Positions 1 through 20,390 of a DNA stretch of 64,000 nucleotides are shown piece after piece. Within the stretch, counting starts at the first letter, position 1. The number at the start of each line of letters is the position of its first letter. The notes beneath the pieces are model-generated. The model was not told the origin of the DNA and searched no databases. It saw only the letters and a list, made by a program, of their open reading frames with translations. A program made the position numbers and the translations under genes. Source of the stretch: Prionailurus viverrinus (taxonomy: Eukaryota); contig NC_062576.1 in NCBI RefSeq assembly GCF_022837055.1, forward strand, positions 18,350,144-18,414,143, written 5' to 3'.

Positions 1-232
<232 letters not shown>

Positions 233-475
233 CTAGGCAAGCCCCCCCCTCTCCCCCTATTTCCTCTGAATGAAGAGATCAGAAGTTGGAAAGCCCTAAA
301 CCCCCATGCATTTTAGGTTTCAGGCTTCTTCCAGAAAAGAGTGGTGGGGGCAACCCAGGCCCTCACCCTAGGGTGAAATTTGAAATATGGTGGCCCCTGT
401 ACCAGAGCAGACCAGCTACACTCCAGCACTGCCAGCCCTGCGTGGTGGATCTTGGGTGGGACAGCAGCTGCTCTC

Positions 476-712
476 TTTAATTTTATTTTTGAGAGAGAGA
501 GGGAGAGAGAGAGACAGGGGGGGCAGGGGAAGGGGGGAGAGAGGGGGAGCATGAGCCGGGGAGGAGCAGGCAGAGAGAGAGATGAACAGAGGATCCAAAG
601 CAGGCTCTGTGCTGACGGCAGAGAACCCAGTGTGGGGCTCGAACTCACGAACTGTGAGATCATGATGTGAGCCAAAGTCGGACACTTAACCGACTGAGCC
701 ACCCAGAGGTCC
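476..712 (-). mobile_element. Carnivore CAN-SINE (SINEC_Fc-like) in SEZ6L2 intron 12.
   Basis: It carries the tail ttttatttttgagagag... and the head ...cgactgagccacccagaggtcc, with a GA-rich linker. Confidence 0.85.
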
Positions 713-1887
713 AGCAGCTGTCCTCTTTAGAGCCCTCCTGCTCAGCTCATCACTGTCCTTCCCAGCCCCTTGCGCGCTCCTACAGCCCGCCCTGCAGGTG
801 CTTACTTACTTGTAGGAAGTAACAATCATAGCCATTTCTTGTACTTAGACCTGCACAAGGCACCCTGTTAAATGTTTTACATCCACGGTATCCTATACCC
901 TGATGGTCCCAAAAGGCCAACGTGTCTCCCAGGGCTCAAGGCGGTCAAATAACTGGTCCATGGCCACTCAGCCAGGTCACAGCCCCATTAACACTGGGCT
1001 GAGATTCGGAGACTTGAGTCACAGCTCAGCTTCAGGCTCAATGTGCTGCCTTGGCCAGGCCCTATCCCCTGTCCCCTATCCCCTCTGGGTCCTGCCTCCG
1101 TCCCTTCCTGTCTCTGTCTCTGTCCCTGTCCTGTCCTGTCTGGGTTTCAGACTGGACATCCTGTGAATCCTTCCAGAGATGGGGAGCTGCGTCATCCAGA
1201 ACGTTTTCCTTGTGCGCAGCCCAAATCTGCCTTCCTGAACTTAACCTCATCGGGCCCACCGTTGCCCCCAAGGACCAGGTAGAAGACCTCCCATCCCATG
1301 TCCTCATGGCCGGCTTCCCCAAATTTGAAGAAAATGACAGCAACCACCCCTTTCTGCTATTCTAAGAGATAAACACTCCCAGCTCCTTTAAATGTCACCT
1401 CCTCTGCGAAATCTCCTGTCCCATCACTGGAACAACGACCCCCCTTCCCTTCCCTTCTTCATATTTATAGCAGCTACTACTTACTGCTGACACGCGCGCT
1501 GTGTGAACTTGATTTGCTCTTCACAGCCCCTTTTCCTATTTCACCGATGAGGCAGCCAAGGCTCAGAGATGTTAAGCACTTTGCCCCAAATCATCCCGCA
1601 GTTACCACTGTGCAATATTCTGATTTATTTAAGCGTCTGTCCCCCTCCTGGACTGTGAGCTCTGCCAGGGTCGGGAGGGACCCCAGACCCTCTGCATAAC
1701 CCTAACCCCGCATGGGGCTTCAAAGACTGCATTAAAACAAACCGAATTCTCTGACCAGCCTCGGCCCTAGTACAGTGACTCCCCGTAAGGTCAAAGGTTA
1801 GGGACTGAGAGACTGGAGCAGGGTCTAGAACGAAAAGAGCAAGCGGGAGCTGACCGGGAAGGCCGGGAGGGGTGGAACTCGGCCTCA

Positions 1888-2514
<627 letters not shown>

Positions 2515-2579
2515 TCAGGGACCTCGACCTCCTCCCGCGATCTCTGGCCTGCCGGACCCCTGCCCATTTCAGGAGCTTA

Positions 2580-2867
<288 letters not shown>

Positions 2868-3360
2868 TCATTAGTAACCCTACCTACTCTCCAGCCCTGC
2901 CCACATTCTTCCATCTCAGGCCCGCCCCGACTTTTGACCAATTTTGGGCTTCTCTGTGCTAACCACTCCAGGTTCCACCTGTTCTGTGGCTCTTCCCAGT
3001 TCCTGCTTCCCCATTCCCAGTCCAACTCCTTGCGACCTCGCACTCTCTGGTCCCTCCTCCATCACGTGGTGAGCCACAGTCTCGCACAAGCCCCGCTCTG
3101 ACCAATCACAGGCCATGTTCATTTACCACCAGCCCAACTCCAGGCCCCACCTGAGTATCTGCAGGCCCGCTTCTGGTTCGTCACGTGACCACCTCACACC
3201 AAATCAGCTCACCGGATTCTCCTCACACCCACACCCACCTCTGGTGCTGGTGGTGATACAATAGCTTGGGCCTGGGTCCCTGGAAGTTACTCCAGGGGCG
3301 GCCTCAGAAACAGCCAAAGAGTGGGAGACTCCAGGCCAGAACCCCCTGTTCACTATTACC

Positions 3361-3390
3361 CACCCCCCCACCCCCCCCCCCCCCCCCTCA
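3361..3390 (+). repeat. Poly(C) homopolymer, about 27 C with one A interruption, in SEZ6L2 intron 10.
   Basis: cacccccccacccccccccccccccccctc. Confidence 0.9.
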
Positions 3391-3522
3391 GCCGCAGAAG
3401 ACTGCAGTAGCCCATTTCCTTGTCCAAAATCGCCTGGCTAATAATTTGTACCTAGGTCTACCCGACAACGCACTCCCCCATCCTGAACCCTTAGTTGCCT
3501 CTTTCATTAGATCGTATATTCA

Positions 3523-3870
<348 letters not shown>

Positions 3871-4189
3871 CTAGACCACCTCACAGGTTTCCTGTTATCT
3901 ATTAAGACACCTGTTTCTCGATGTACCCAGTCCTGTTGTACCCAATCCCCAGCCCTGCTCTCAATTAGCCCTGCCCATGCTCCAGCCTATGCATTACCCC
4001 CCCCCCCCAACCCATAACTTAGTTCTATTTCTAGCTCTTCAAGACATTTGGGTTGTGACCCCTAAGTTTTGTAACAAACACACCAGTTATTTAGTTAAGA
4101 AAACTATTTCTGAAAGGGACAGGGATTTGCCCAAGGCCTGGGTTTATTAGGTTTGGAGAGGCAAGTCTCCTCCCTGAATGGCCTTCCTA

Positions 4190-4483
<294 letters not shown>

Positions 4484-4689
4484 TTAAGATAGGTCTCAGG
4501 GGACTCAGACTGGGGGGACTTAGGCTGAATTCAAGTGTCGTTTGGCCATTCCGTGGTCTGTTTACAATGGAATGCTTAGGGCTTAACTTTCACTCTCCAG
4601 TCTCCTCCAAACCCTAACACTTCTCATTTACACATTTCTGTTACCTTCCTGGCCTCTGGAGGAAAACTGCTAGGCTAGTCAAATCCCAG

Positions 4690-4800
4690 CTCCCATTCCA
4701 CAGATGAGGAAACTGAGGTCCAAGGACAAAAAGTCACTTGCCCAGTGTCATACACTAGGGCAGTGGCAGAATCAGGTCTCAGACTCACATGGCATGATTC
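4690..4800 (+). mobile_element. MIR (ancient tRNA-derived SINE) fragment.
   Basis: cacagatgaggaaactgaggtccaaggacaaaaagtcacttgcccagtgtcatacactagggcagtggcagaatcaggtctcagactcac. This is the MIR core. Confidence 0.65.
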
Positions 4801-5480
4801 CCAGATAGAGACACTTGGTTTTAGAAACTCCAGAGGAGGGAGAGGAAAGGGTGCCTTTGGAGAACTGGCTCATGTAAGTGTGCTCTCCCCTCAAAAATAA
4901 CAGATTCTGATTACCCCTGATCATCCATGCTGTGGCTAGAATCCAAAAGTGCAGTGAATGCAGAAGCTACTCAATTTTGATTTTGGACTAAGTCAGCAAA
5001 AATAAACATTTGGAGAGCATTTTAGTTTTGGCCCACGTGATCATATCTTAGCTGCAAAACTATACGTGAAGAGGAATCTGAAGCTCATGGAACAGCAATG
5101 ACCCACAACTAGGGAGGCAGGCCTTAAACCTGGAACTCTTTTCACATTTTCAAAGACAAAATGCAAATTATTTTTTAGATCCACTGTTGTAGTTTACTGT
5201 TATTTAACCCGATGAGGTTAAGTGTCATGTCCAAATCCTATGCACCCATCAGGGCCCAGTGCCAATTCCATTTCTCCCTTGATTCATACCAGAGACCAGC
5301 CCCTCCCATCTCTGAGCATTTCATTTTCTTTATCTCTCTCCTGCTACTGTTTGCACAAATCCTCTGCTCCAGTCACACTGAAATTTCCTGTTTCCCAAAC
5401 ATACCAGGCCTTTCTATGACTCTTTACTATTGCTCACACTGTTCCTTTCACCTGAGATGCTCATCCCTAATCTCCCTCTT

Positions 5481-5687
5481 TTATTTATTTATTTTTTTAA
5501 GTTTATTTATTTATTTTGAGAGAGAATGAGTGGGGGAGAGGCAGAGTAAGGGAGAGAGAGAATCCCAAGCAGGTTCCACACTGTCAGCACAGAACCCCAC
5601 TCAATGCTCCAACTCACGAACCATGAGATCATGAGCAGAGTGGAAACCAAGTCAGACCCTTAACCGACTGAGCCACCCAGGTGCCCC
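5481..5687 (-). mobile_element. CAN-SINE in SEZ6L2 intron 8.
   Basis: ...caggttccacactgtcagcacagaaccc...gagatcatgag...ccgactgagccacccaggtgcccc. Confidence 0.85.
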
Positions 5688-6228
5688 TAATCCCCCACTT
5701 TTAAAATTCTCTCTATCCCAGAGCCTGGCCAGTAGGTAGAGTATGAGACTCTCAAAATTCTCTCTATCCTGTAAAGGTGTTCAAACACGTCTTCTCCCAT
5801 GGTCGGCTCACCTCCTTGTTTCTACCTGTCCAGCATCCGGTCCCCCTTCTTCTGTTTACAGCACTCCTTTTTTCATTTTGGGATACATGCCTCCCCGGTC
5901 AATGAGGTCCGGTTGGGGCCAACTCTGGATGGTTATGTGATGTGGATCTGCCAATCCTAACACCACCTGACCCTAGCTTTAATGAGGCTCGAGCGTAGGC
6001 ACATGACCTAAGCCAGGGAAATGAGAGCCCTTCTTGGCATTTCTGCTGAGAAAGTGCTATACTTTCTCTTTCTGGTTGACTTACTAAGTTGGTGGTTTAT
6101 CAGTCAGAACTGCTAGGTCCACCACATATGAGAGCCTGACAATGAAGCCAACACAGAGCAAAGAACTGAGAGATTAAGGTAATTGGCCTCTTGGCTATGT
6201 ATCTAGAGCCAGCCATATATGAAACTTA

Positions 6229-6618
<390 letters not shown>

Positions 6619-7218
6619 TCAGTTTCCCCTCAGAAGCTGCCCCACCTCTTGCCAGGCTCTCCTCACTCATTTTCAAGCTATTGTTTTCAAAGGTCGACTA
6701 CATGCCAAGTACTCTAAGACTTTACACATTTTGTCTCATTTAATTTTCACAAGAGCCCTTGAGTGGGTACTCTTTATTACTCCTTACTTTAGAGATGAGG
6801 ACACGGAGGCCCAGAAAGAGTAAATAACCTGCCCAACATCATACAGCAACTCGTGGCAGAGCTGCGATAGCAGTTAGATAGAGGGGGTACCAATGATGAT
6901 GAGGATGCCAAGCACATTTACAGTGCTCTCTGTGGGCCAGGCATCCTTCTAAGTATTTCATGTGTCTTAACATGTATCCTCGCAGAAACCTTCAAAAGGA
7001 GGTCCTATTATTGCCACTCTACAGGAGAGGAAACTGAGGCACAGAGAAGTTCAGTGATTCATCTAAGTTGACACAGCTATACTGCCTAAGAAAGGGAAGG
7101 ACCAATCTGTATTTGACACAAATTTTAACTGGGATCCACTCCAGACCTGTCTGACCACCCCTTGCAGCCTCCCTGTTTCCCAGAGGTGGGGACCTCTGAC
7201 TCAAGGCGCAGATCCTCA

Positions 7219-7485
<267 letters not shown>

Positions 7486-8025
7486 CTACAGGCTCACAGC
7501 AGAGGACAGGACATTTCCAGGCCACCACTCAGGTAGGGAACCAGCCCTAAAATAGGAAACCCCAGAATGGACACCTCCTAGGATGGAAATCCTGCTAATA
7601 TGAACACTCTCCAGATGTGGATACCCTGGCATCTGGAGTTATGGGGGATCCCCCAAATTGAAGCCCTCAAATGGAAAATCTTCCAGACGGGATCACCAGG
7701 ATGAAGACTCTCCAGGATAGATAGAGACCCTCTAGATATGGACCTCAAGAATGGTTTCCTTGAGGATGAGGAGTCCCTAAGAGAAGAGGCAGCCAGAATG
7801 GTGACTCCCCAGATGGAAACCCTCTAGGCAGGACATCCCCAGATAGAGACCCCCAAGAATGGAGATTCTCAGAGGATAGGGACATTCAGTGTAAGGAGCT
7901 CCAGATGGAGACACCAGGATAGGGACTCTTCTAGGCAGAAACCACTTCAAGATGGATGTTCCCCAAAGATGGAGATGCCCAAGATAGTACCCTCCCAATG
8001 GGGCTCCCAGGACAGGCCCCACTTA

Positions 8026-8358
<333 letters not shown>

Positions 8359-8695
8359 CTACTTGGTCTAATGAAGAGATAACTTCAATATCTCTTATCT
8401 CCCCTAATCTTTGTAATCTACCCACTTTGGCTTCCATTTTAGAGATGAAGTATCTGAGATTCAAAGACATTCTGACTGTGGTACATATTTGGTGTGTGAC
8501 CTCGGGCAAATCAGTTGACCACTCTGAACCCATCCAGCTCTAATAATAACAAATAGTATTTCCAGAGCCTGTTCAGCTGCTAAGGTGAGTTTATGCAGCA
8601 CTTTTGAGGTAGCCAGAGTAAGACTGTGATACGTTTTCCAGATGTAGAAATTGGTTACTAAGTGCCTCACCATGTTTTCTCCCTCCTTTAAAAGC

Positions 8696-8887
8696 ATTTT
8701 TTTAAATGTCTTATTTATTTTTGAGACAGAGAGAGCATGAGTGGGGGAGGGGCAGAGAGAGAAGGGGACACAGAATCTGAAGCAGGCGTCAGGCTCTGTG
8801 CTGACACGGGGCTCAAACCCACGAACCGTGAGATCATGACCTGAGCCAAAGTCAGAGGCTTAACCAAGTGAGCCACCCAGGCGCCCC
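8696..8887 (-). mobile_element. CAN-SINE in SEZ6L2 intron 5.
   Basis: tttatttttgagacagagagagcatgagtggggg...gtgagccacccaggcgcccc. Confidence 0.85.
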
Positions 8888-9346
8888 TATGCTTTCTCCC
8901 TTCTACACACATACAGACTCTCTTCCACGGAGGCGCGTGGTGGTAGGATTCCCTCAGCTTTCAACCAGAGGAGCCACATGAAACTCCTTTAGGAACTTTG
9001 ACCATCTTGTCATTAAAGACCTTCATACTCAGTGCCCCCTAAATGAATCCTCCAGTGAAAGTGAAGTGCTAGGGAAAGCTTTGCTTTCCTTTGTTTCTCT
9101 CCTCCTCTCTTGCAGTGAGAACTATCCAATCTCTCTTTTTGTGCTGGCTGCTAAGACGCTCGGAACCAGATCGAGGCTTGTCCCTAGCAACAAGGGCCTG
9201 TCCATCCACGTCTATTTTTTCATCCTTAATACGCACTTCCTGGCACCAATTTTCTTCTTATTTTATTTAATTTTGCTGTGTTCTTTTTTGAAAGCCTCCT
9301 GAAAACCTTGTGGAATCCTATGAGAGAAATAAATAGAAAGTGACTT

Positions 9347-9445
9347 TGGGGATGCCTGGCTGGCTTAGTCAGATGAGCATGCGACCCTTGATCTCAGGGT
9401 CATTAGTTTGAGCCCCATGTTGGGTGTAGAGACTAATTAAATAAG
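9347..9445 (+). mobile_element. Partial CAN-SINE of a different subfamily (head only), followed by a GGAA-rich microsatellite.
   Basis: ggggatgcctggctggcttagtcagatgagcatgcgacccttgatctcagggtcattagtttgagccccatgttgggtgtagagactaattaaataa. Confidence 0.7.
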
Positions 9446-9570
9446 AGAAAGAAAGAACGAAAGAATGAAAGAAAATAGGGAGGAAAGGAAGGAAGGGAGG
9501 AAGGAGGAAAGAAGGAAAGAAGGAAGGAAGGAAGGAAGGAACAAAGAAAAAGAAAGGAAGAGACTTGGTA
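9446..9570 (+). repeat. (GGAA/GAAG)n purine microsatellite.
   Basis: gagaaagaaagaacgaaagaatgaaag...ggaaggaagggaggaaggaggaaagaaggaaagaaggaaggaaggaagg. Confidence 0.9.
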
Positions 9571-12504
9571 GTAAACAATGGACTCTAAATTTGGTCCTGA
9601 CACAGTTCTGTGTGTCTGTTTCAGACCAGTCACAGTTCATCAGGAAGGGCTGCCAGGCGGAGGTGCACCAAAGCTGGGTCTCTGTAGCAGGGGTAGGCTC
9701 TGGGTAACCGTGCTGGGAAGGTACCAGTTTGCCTGGGCCTTTGTTTTTGCTAACTCTCCAGCCCTAAGTGATTCTGTCAGAGACCTGGTCTCTCCCTACT
9801 TCAAAATTCAATAAGCATTTCCTTGGCTGGGTGCTGGGCACAGAGAGGCGAAAAGGGCCCCCAGGCTTTGCCCTTCGGGAGTTCACAGTCTATGAAGACA
9901 AACACAAAAACCTTCTAGAATACAGTGGTTTAAGTACATATTAGCCTCTTGATGACTCTCCACAGTTAGCAGAATCAAGTCCAAATGCTTTGGGTTGACA
10001 TTCAAGTGCCTTCCATAGCTGTGTCCAGCGCAACACTCCCAGCGTCAGGTCTTAGCACCCGCAATCTGTATATCCTACACAATATAATTTTGTGACTTCC
10101 ATATCTTTTCACACCATTTCCCCCACCTGCAAAGCCCTCTTCTCGCCCTTTTTCATTTCTCAAGGAGTAACTTAAGAACCACCTCTTCCAGGAAGTCTTC
10201 CTCACCCCTCCCCTTTCCAATTGAGTTTGTTTCTTTCTTGCCTCCTCACATGCACCTGCATAATCTTATCATCACATTGCTGTCTATTGCCATGATGAGA
10301 CAGAACCACACCTTATTTATTTTGTCTCCCCAAAGCCTAGCCTAACTGGTCCACTGATGCTGCAGCGAAGAGGGTTTTTGGAACAATACACAAGAGCACT
10401 GGATTTGGAACCGGGCAGACCTGAGTTCTGGGTCCAGCTCCAAGACTTATTAGCTGTATGACCTTGAGCAGGTGATGTCACCTCTAGGGCCTGTCACCTG
10501 TAAATGGCAGTAATAACCACTATCATTGACAACTGGCCTTCAGGTTAAAGGAAAGAAACACGCAAAGCACCTGACACATAGAAAGTACTCAGAAAAGCTT
10601 AATCACTTGCCACTCCATCTCAATTAATGAATGCCTCAGAGTCAGGGCTGGGGACTGACTGCTGACTCTGCAATGAACTTACAGGTGGTTTAGCATCCAT
10701 CTGACCTTTCATCCTCTCAGAGCTGGGGGTCACTCTCAGGGGTGCTGGGAGATGCAAAGGAAACCACAGTTGGCGCAGGGGTTTTGTAAATGGGAACGCT
10801 CGCTGGGCTTGGGGCAAGCAGTGATGGAGCCTTTGGCCTTTCAGAGAAGCTAATGAGGCCACTTTGGACCAGAGGCCCTAGCTAGTGCAGACTGGGGAGC
10901 GCTTAAACAGGGCCTCGGTCCCAAAGGTGCCCTGAGAAGCTGCAAAGCAGGGAAGACCGAGGCAGGTAATGAAGGCCAATTTATGCAATAGCCCTGCTTC
11001 CCCAAATGTTCTACTTAGTCTAAAGAGTCCTATTTTCAATGCCCTAGGGAAGTGGCTGCTTAAGAGAGCCAGCGGGGAGCCATTTTGTAAAATCGGAAGT
11101 CCTGCCCTGGGCCCGGGCCCTGGGCCATGCCCTTGCTTCCTGCTGATCTGACCACCAGTTACATGGCCCCCACCTCACTGGGTTCTCCGCGAATAGGTCT
11201 CTCCACCTTGCACACATGAGCCCCTGGGGCTGGGCAGAGGCCTCAGGAGAAACTCGAAAGGGTGTGAGGAAGGGGTACGGGCGCTGTGTGAGCTGGATAA
11301 AGCCCACAAGGGAAACGGGGGGCAGCAGAGCACACAAGAGGCAGGCAAGGCCATGAGGTGATGTAAATGGGGACATTGGCCCCAAACATAGTTCCCTCTC
11401 TGTTTTCCAAGGAACACAGGGACTTTGGAGATGGCAGCAGGGTCCGGAATGGGACAGTGGGCTGGGACTGTTGCCTCATACACACGTGTATGCTAGAACA
11501 TACCCTTGCACTGTGGGAAGGTTCCCGTACACACGGGTGAGCACCAATGTCCACCTGTCTGTAGGCTGTCTGTGGGTGGTTGCTCATGAATGCAGTTGTG
11601 CCTCTTACGCCCCCCAAACCCAGCAGGATCTTTCTAGGCCACAAATCTGAGGCTGTCACTGTCTTGCTTAAAACCTCTCAATCCGTCTCCGTGCCCCTTG
11701 CAGGATAAAGTCATCTGTACTCCTTACTGAAGCTGATAAGGCCCCTCATGATCTGAATCCAACCTACCTCCCAGTCTGGTCTCTTAGAGCCTGCTTCCCA
11801 CCCACCACTTTCTGGGTTTTTCTGTAGCAACAACTGACATTGCTGAGCTCTCACTCTGTACGAGACACTATTTTAAGCACCTGACATGTATTAGTTAATT
11901 TGACCTTCCTAATAATGCCATGAGCTAAGTATTATGATCCCCACTTTTCAGGTGAGAAGTGAGGCACAGAAAGGTTAAGTAACTCGCCCCAGGTCACACA
12001 GCTAAGACAATTCTGTCTTCCATGCTGAATCACTTCAACTCCTCAAGGAGGCCATGCTTTTTCATCCGTCAGGACACTTGCCTCTTTCTCCCCCTCCCAC
12101 CTTCCCCTAGTAGCTCATCTTTTAGTTCCCAGCTTAGTTACCTCCTCCAAGAAGGTGTCCCTGTATCCCTTAGGAGAAATTTAAGTCCCTTTGAAATTTG
12201 TTCCCTCTGCCTGTGTTTCCTTCATCATAGGGATATAGGTCCGAATCTCACTGAATTATAATCATCCTGATTACTTGCCCATCTCTTTACCTAGATTCTG
12301 AGTTCCTTGATGATTTACATCTAGCTTGTTCATTTCTCCCTCCAGGGATAACACAGGGCCGGTATGAAACGGGTGCTCAATAAACATTTGTCGAGTGAAT
12401 GGGTGAAATGCCACCTGGATGTGTGCACACCCAGACACAGGTCTGTGAGTGTGTGAAATAAGTATATGTAGATCTCCTCTATGGGCTCTGCCCCCAGGGT
12501 CCTA

Positions 12505-12786
<282 letters not shown>

Positions 12787-13042
12787 CTAAAGAAGCCAGA
12801 CCCAGACCCCCCGGGACAAGTCAGTGAGGGTGGGTGACCCCTAAGTCCCCCACCCCTTGCCTTCCCCTCCCTTGCGTGTGGCAGCCAAATATCACTGTGA
12901 CATCGGTCAAATTATAGAACTCTAGGAGAGTCTTTGAGATCCTCGGAAAACAGGCCCATTTCAGTTAGGAAACAGGTTCTCTGGTTCCCAGGCCAAACTT
13001 GTGCACACCCCTGGGCCTAGAGGAAAGGGCTTGGGGGCTTCA

Positions 13043-13270
<228 letters not shown>

Positions 13271-13309
13271 TCACCTGTCTTGGCCCCAGCACCCCTCTCA
13301 CCACCTTTA

Positions 13310-14377
<1,068 letters not shown>

Positions 14378-14411
14378 TCATTCTGTCTCGATTTCCCTGG
14401 GTCTCTGCCTA

Positions 14412-14753
<342 letters not shown>

Positions 14754-15559
14754 TCAACAGGGCCTGCAGGAGCTCAGAGGGTCCCAGACTGGGCTGAGAG
14801 CCAAGATTGGAGGAGGGGCTCCCAGCTGCCTCACACACTCCTGCACCTTCCCCTCTCCCCCCACCCCCCAGGCTGAGTGGGCCTTCAGTGAACCCTGGAC
14901 AGCGCCAGCAGCGTGGCCACAGTGCTACCTTCATTTTCCCCTCACTGGTGCTCTTCCCCAACCCTGGAGCTCTGCAGAGGGTCTGGCAGTACCTCCCAGC
15001 CCTTGCTTCCGCAGTGCCCAGCTTTCTTTCTGGGTTTCTGTCTCTGCAGTGTGGTGTTCTCTCTCTCTTTCTCTCTCTCTCTCTGTCTCTGTCTCTCTCT
15101 CCCTCTCTGCAGTCTCTGCCAGCTTCCCTGGAGTCTGGCGAGGGGTCAGATTAGAGGACTGAATATTTGGTCTCTGGTCTCTGAGCACTGCCTCTGTTCA
15201 TCTGTCTTTGTCCATTCGTCCAAGAGCGTTTGTGTGTGCAGTGCCTGGCGTTTCTCCCACCACCTCCGTGTCCCACCCAGGTACCCTGCATGCTTCATGC
15301 CGCCTCCGCAGACATCCCCCCAACTTCCCCAGCCCTTCTTCCTGTATTTAACACCGCCCCTGGCTCTGGTAAAAGCTCCCCTCATTCATTCCCCCACCTC
15401 TTCAGCATTGGGGGTTAGGGCTCCAGGCACCAGCGAGAAAGCCCTGGCTTGCCCCTTCCCCATCAGCTGTACCCCTCCCCTCTCCCAGAAGCTCAGAAAG
15501 CCCAGGATGTTCAGAGAAAGGATGGCAGAAGACCCAGCTGAGGACCTTCCCCGGGCCTA

Positions 15560-17780
<2,221 letters not shown>

Positions 17781-18660
17781 ATGTGGAGGGGAAACAGCCC
17801 AGGGGGTAACCCTGGAGCAGCCACAGAGGGAACCGGTGGAGAACTGGGGGGACAGGGGAACTGGGGTCTGGAAGATGCCCCAGGCCTCCTGGCCAGGGCC
17901 TCCCTGCCCATCGTGCCTGCGTGGCCATCGCCCCTGGCCTCCTCAGCCCTTACCGTGCTCCTTGGAGCCCTCACTTCCCTTTTCCTCTGGTACTGTTACC
18001 GTCTGGGCTCCCAAGACATGCAGGCCCTGGAGGCTGGGGGTCGGGCTGGGGGTGTCAGTGGAGGGCCTAGGGGATGCTCTGAGACTGGCAGGCCAAGCCC
18101 TGGGAGCTCTGGGGAGCCTGGGGAAGGACTCAGGACAGAAGGCCTAGTGAGCCGTCGCCTGCGGGCCTATGCCAGGCGCTACTCCTGGGCGGGCATGGGT
18201 AGGGTGAGGAGGGCAGCTCAAGGTGGTCCAGGCCCTGGGGGAGGGCCAGGGGTCCTGGGCATTCAGCGCCCAGGCCTGCTTTTCCTGCCAGACCTGCCCT
18301 CAGTCCCCTTCGTGCCACGGGATGCCCAGCGGCATGATGTGGAGCTCCTGGAGAGCAGCTTCCCTGCCATTTTGCGGGACTTTGGGGCTGTGAGCTGGGA
18401 CTTCTCAGGGACAACTCCTCTGCCTCGGGGCTGGTCCCCACCCCTGGCCCCTGGGTGCTACCAGCTCCTGCTGTACCAAGCAGGCCGGTGCCAACCCAGC
18501 AACTGCCGCCGGTGCCCAGGGGCCTATCGGGCACTGAGGGGGCTGCGGAGCTTTATGAGTGCCAACACCTTCGGCAATGCTGGCTTTTCTGTCCTCCTGC
18601 CTGGGGCCCGGCTTGAGGGTCGCTGTGGGCCCACCAATGCCCGGGTGAGATGCCATCTGG
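17781..18660 (+). CDS. ASPHD1: ASPHD1 coding exon 1 (MWRGNSPGGNPGAATEGTGG...TFGNAGFSVLLPGARLEGRCGPTNARVRCHLG). It encodes the transmembrane segment and part of the aspartyl/asparaginyl beta-hydroxylase domain.
   Basis: Track ORF 17781..18668(+). 17781 is the first in-frame ATG after the stop at 17739-17741. The donor is G|gtaagt at 18661. The peptide matches human ASPHD1. Confidence 0.85.
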
Positions 18661-19904
18661 GTAAGTAGATGCTGCCTACAGACAACCTCTTTGCCTCCAC
18701 GATTCCTCCTCCAGACTTTTCTCTGCCACCAGAGCTTTCTACACTATGGTTCTGATCATGCCTCTCTTCTCAGAAATCTTCCATGACTCCCTGTTGCCCA
18801 CAGCAGCATTTCCTGAGCTTCAGTTACCTGCGAACCATCTTCATAAGCTTTGCCATGGTCATTTTCCGCCTGTACTGTTTTTCTCGATACTGATTCTCCC
18901 TACATTTTGTCTCGCTTATTTAAAAGGAATCTTTAGAGAACAATGATAATCAGTATTACTTGCTCCAAATAGAAAGGACTCATAAAAACAAATTTAAACT
19001 TAAAGAAAGAAGCAAGCTTTAAAAATCCCAGCTAAATACTCTAGTCTCTCTGAGGCTGAAGCCTCCACTCTGTTCCTTTAGAAGGGAGCAGTGTTGGTGG
19101 GGTGTTAAAGTTATGGTAGCACCAAACTGAGATTCTCTTCATGTTTTAAAAGCTGAAAGAAAATGGAAAAGGAAACATTTTTTGTTATTTAATGTGCTGT
19201 TACTTAAAACCTTGTTTTGCCTAAAAGCATTTTGTGTGCTACCAGTTTGACGTGTCCTTCACTTCGAAGCACACCGGTCTCAGGATCAAGTCCAGATTCC
19301 TTCTCTCCTCATCTCCCACCAGTTCCCTTCCTCCCCTTCCCTCCCACCATGTGTTAAATCATGAGAGCTTTCTGGCTGATCCTGGCAGATGCCACACTCA
19401 CGCTATCCTCAGTCTAGAATCTCTTTCTCCCTTATCACCTCCTGGAAAAATCCTACTCAGCCTTCAGGACTCCACTTTCAAGTGCCGCACTGCCTCTGGG
19501 AGGTCTATTCCCCATCATTGGAGTTGGTGCCCACTTTTCTCACAGCACTCTACTGTGTTGTGGTCCTGGGGCCAGAGTGGATCCATCAGTATTATACTAA
19601 TGAGGGCCAAGCACACATTAAGTAGCTTCTTGAGTTGAATTGGCAGAAGCCCAAGAAAAGATGCCACTTCCTCCAGGGAGCCTTCCCTTTTCTCTGAAAC
19701 AAATATTGTGCTTTGCACTGCCTTTCCTGTATCTCCCAGCACTTCAGCTGCTACTATATCGTAATTACATTTGGGTCACCTTCCAGACAGCAAAGAGGGA
19801 CACTACATGGGGTGCTTAAGACTTGCAATTCTGCATTTTGACTAAATGGGGTGGGCCCATTTGATGGAAGCAGGGGTGTTGGATGCCTGGGTCTCTTTCC
19901 ACAG

Positions 19905-20018
19905 GCCTGAAGATTCCTCCTGGCTGTGAGCTGGTGGTCGGGGGAGAGCCCCAGTGCTGGGCTGAAGGACACTGTCTACTGGTGGACGACTCCTTCCTGC
20001 ACACAGTGGCTCATAATG
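19905..20018 (+). CDS. ASPHD1: ASPHD1 coding exon 2 ([37 protein letters not shown]).
   Basis: The acceptor is ctctttccacag|GC and the donor G|gtaatg. Phase 1 is consistent with exon 1. This is the Asp/Asn beta-hydroxylase family core. Confidence 0.85.
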
Positions 20019-20224
20019 GTAATGGGCTCCCGTTCTGCTAGGAGGGATGAGAGACTGAGTGAAAGGGAATAGAGACTGCAGAATCAAGCCCAACCCGCTT
20101 CCTGTCCTAGCACCATCATTTTCCAGCTGCATGACCTTGAACGAGTCCTATAACTTCCCCAAACACCTGTGAAATGGGGCGATCACCTTCTTTATTGGGT
20201 GACTGCAAGGATTAAATAAGTTAA

Positions 20225-20390
20225 TGTAGGTGCATAGCCAAGTGGTTAACAGCACAAGAGTCTGGGCCTGAACCACCTGGGTTCCAGTCCTACCTCTGGC
20301 ACTTACTAGCTGTGTGATCTTGGGCAGGTTATTTAATCTCTCTGTGCCTCAGTTACTTTGTATAAAACGGGAATAATTGTGGTACTGACC
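20225..20390 (+). mobile_element. MIR element in ASPHD1 intron 2.
   Basis: ...gggttccagtcctacctctggcacttactagctgtgtgatcttgggcaggttatttaatctctctgtgcctcagttactttgtataaaacgggaataattgtggtactg. Confidence 0.7.
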
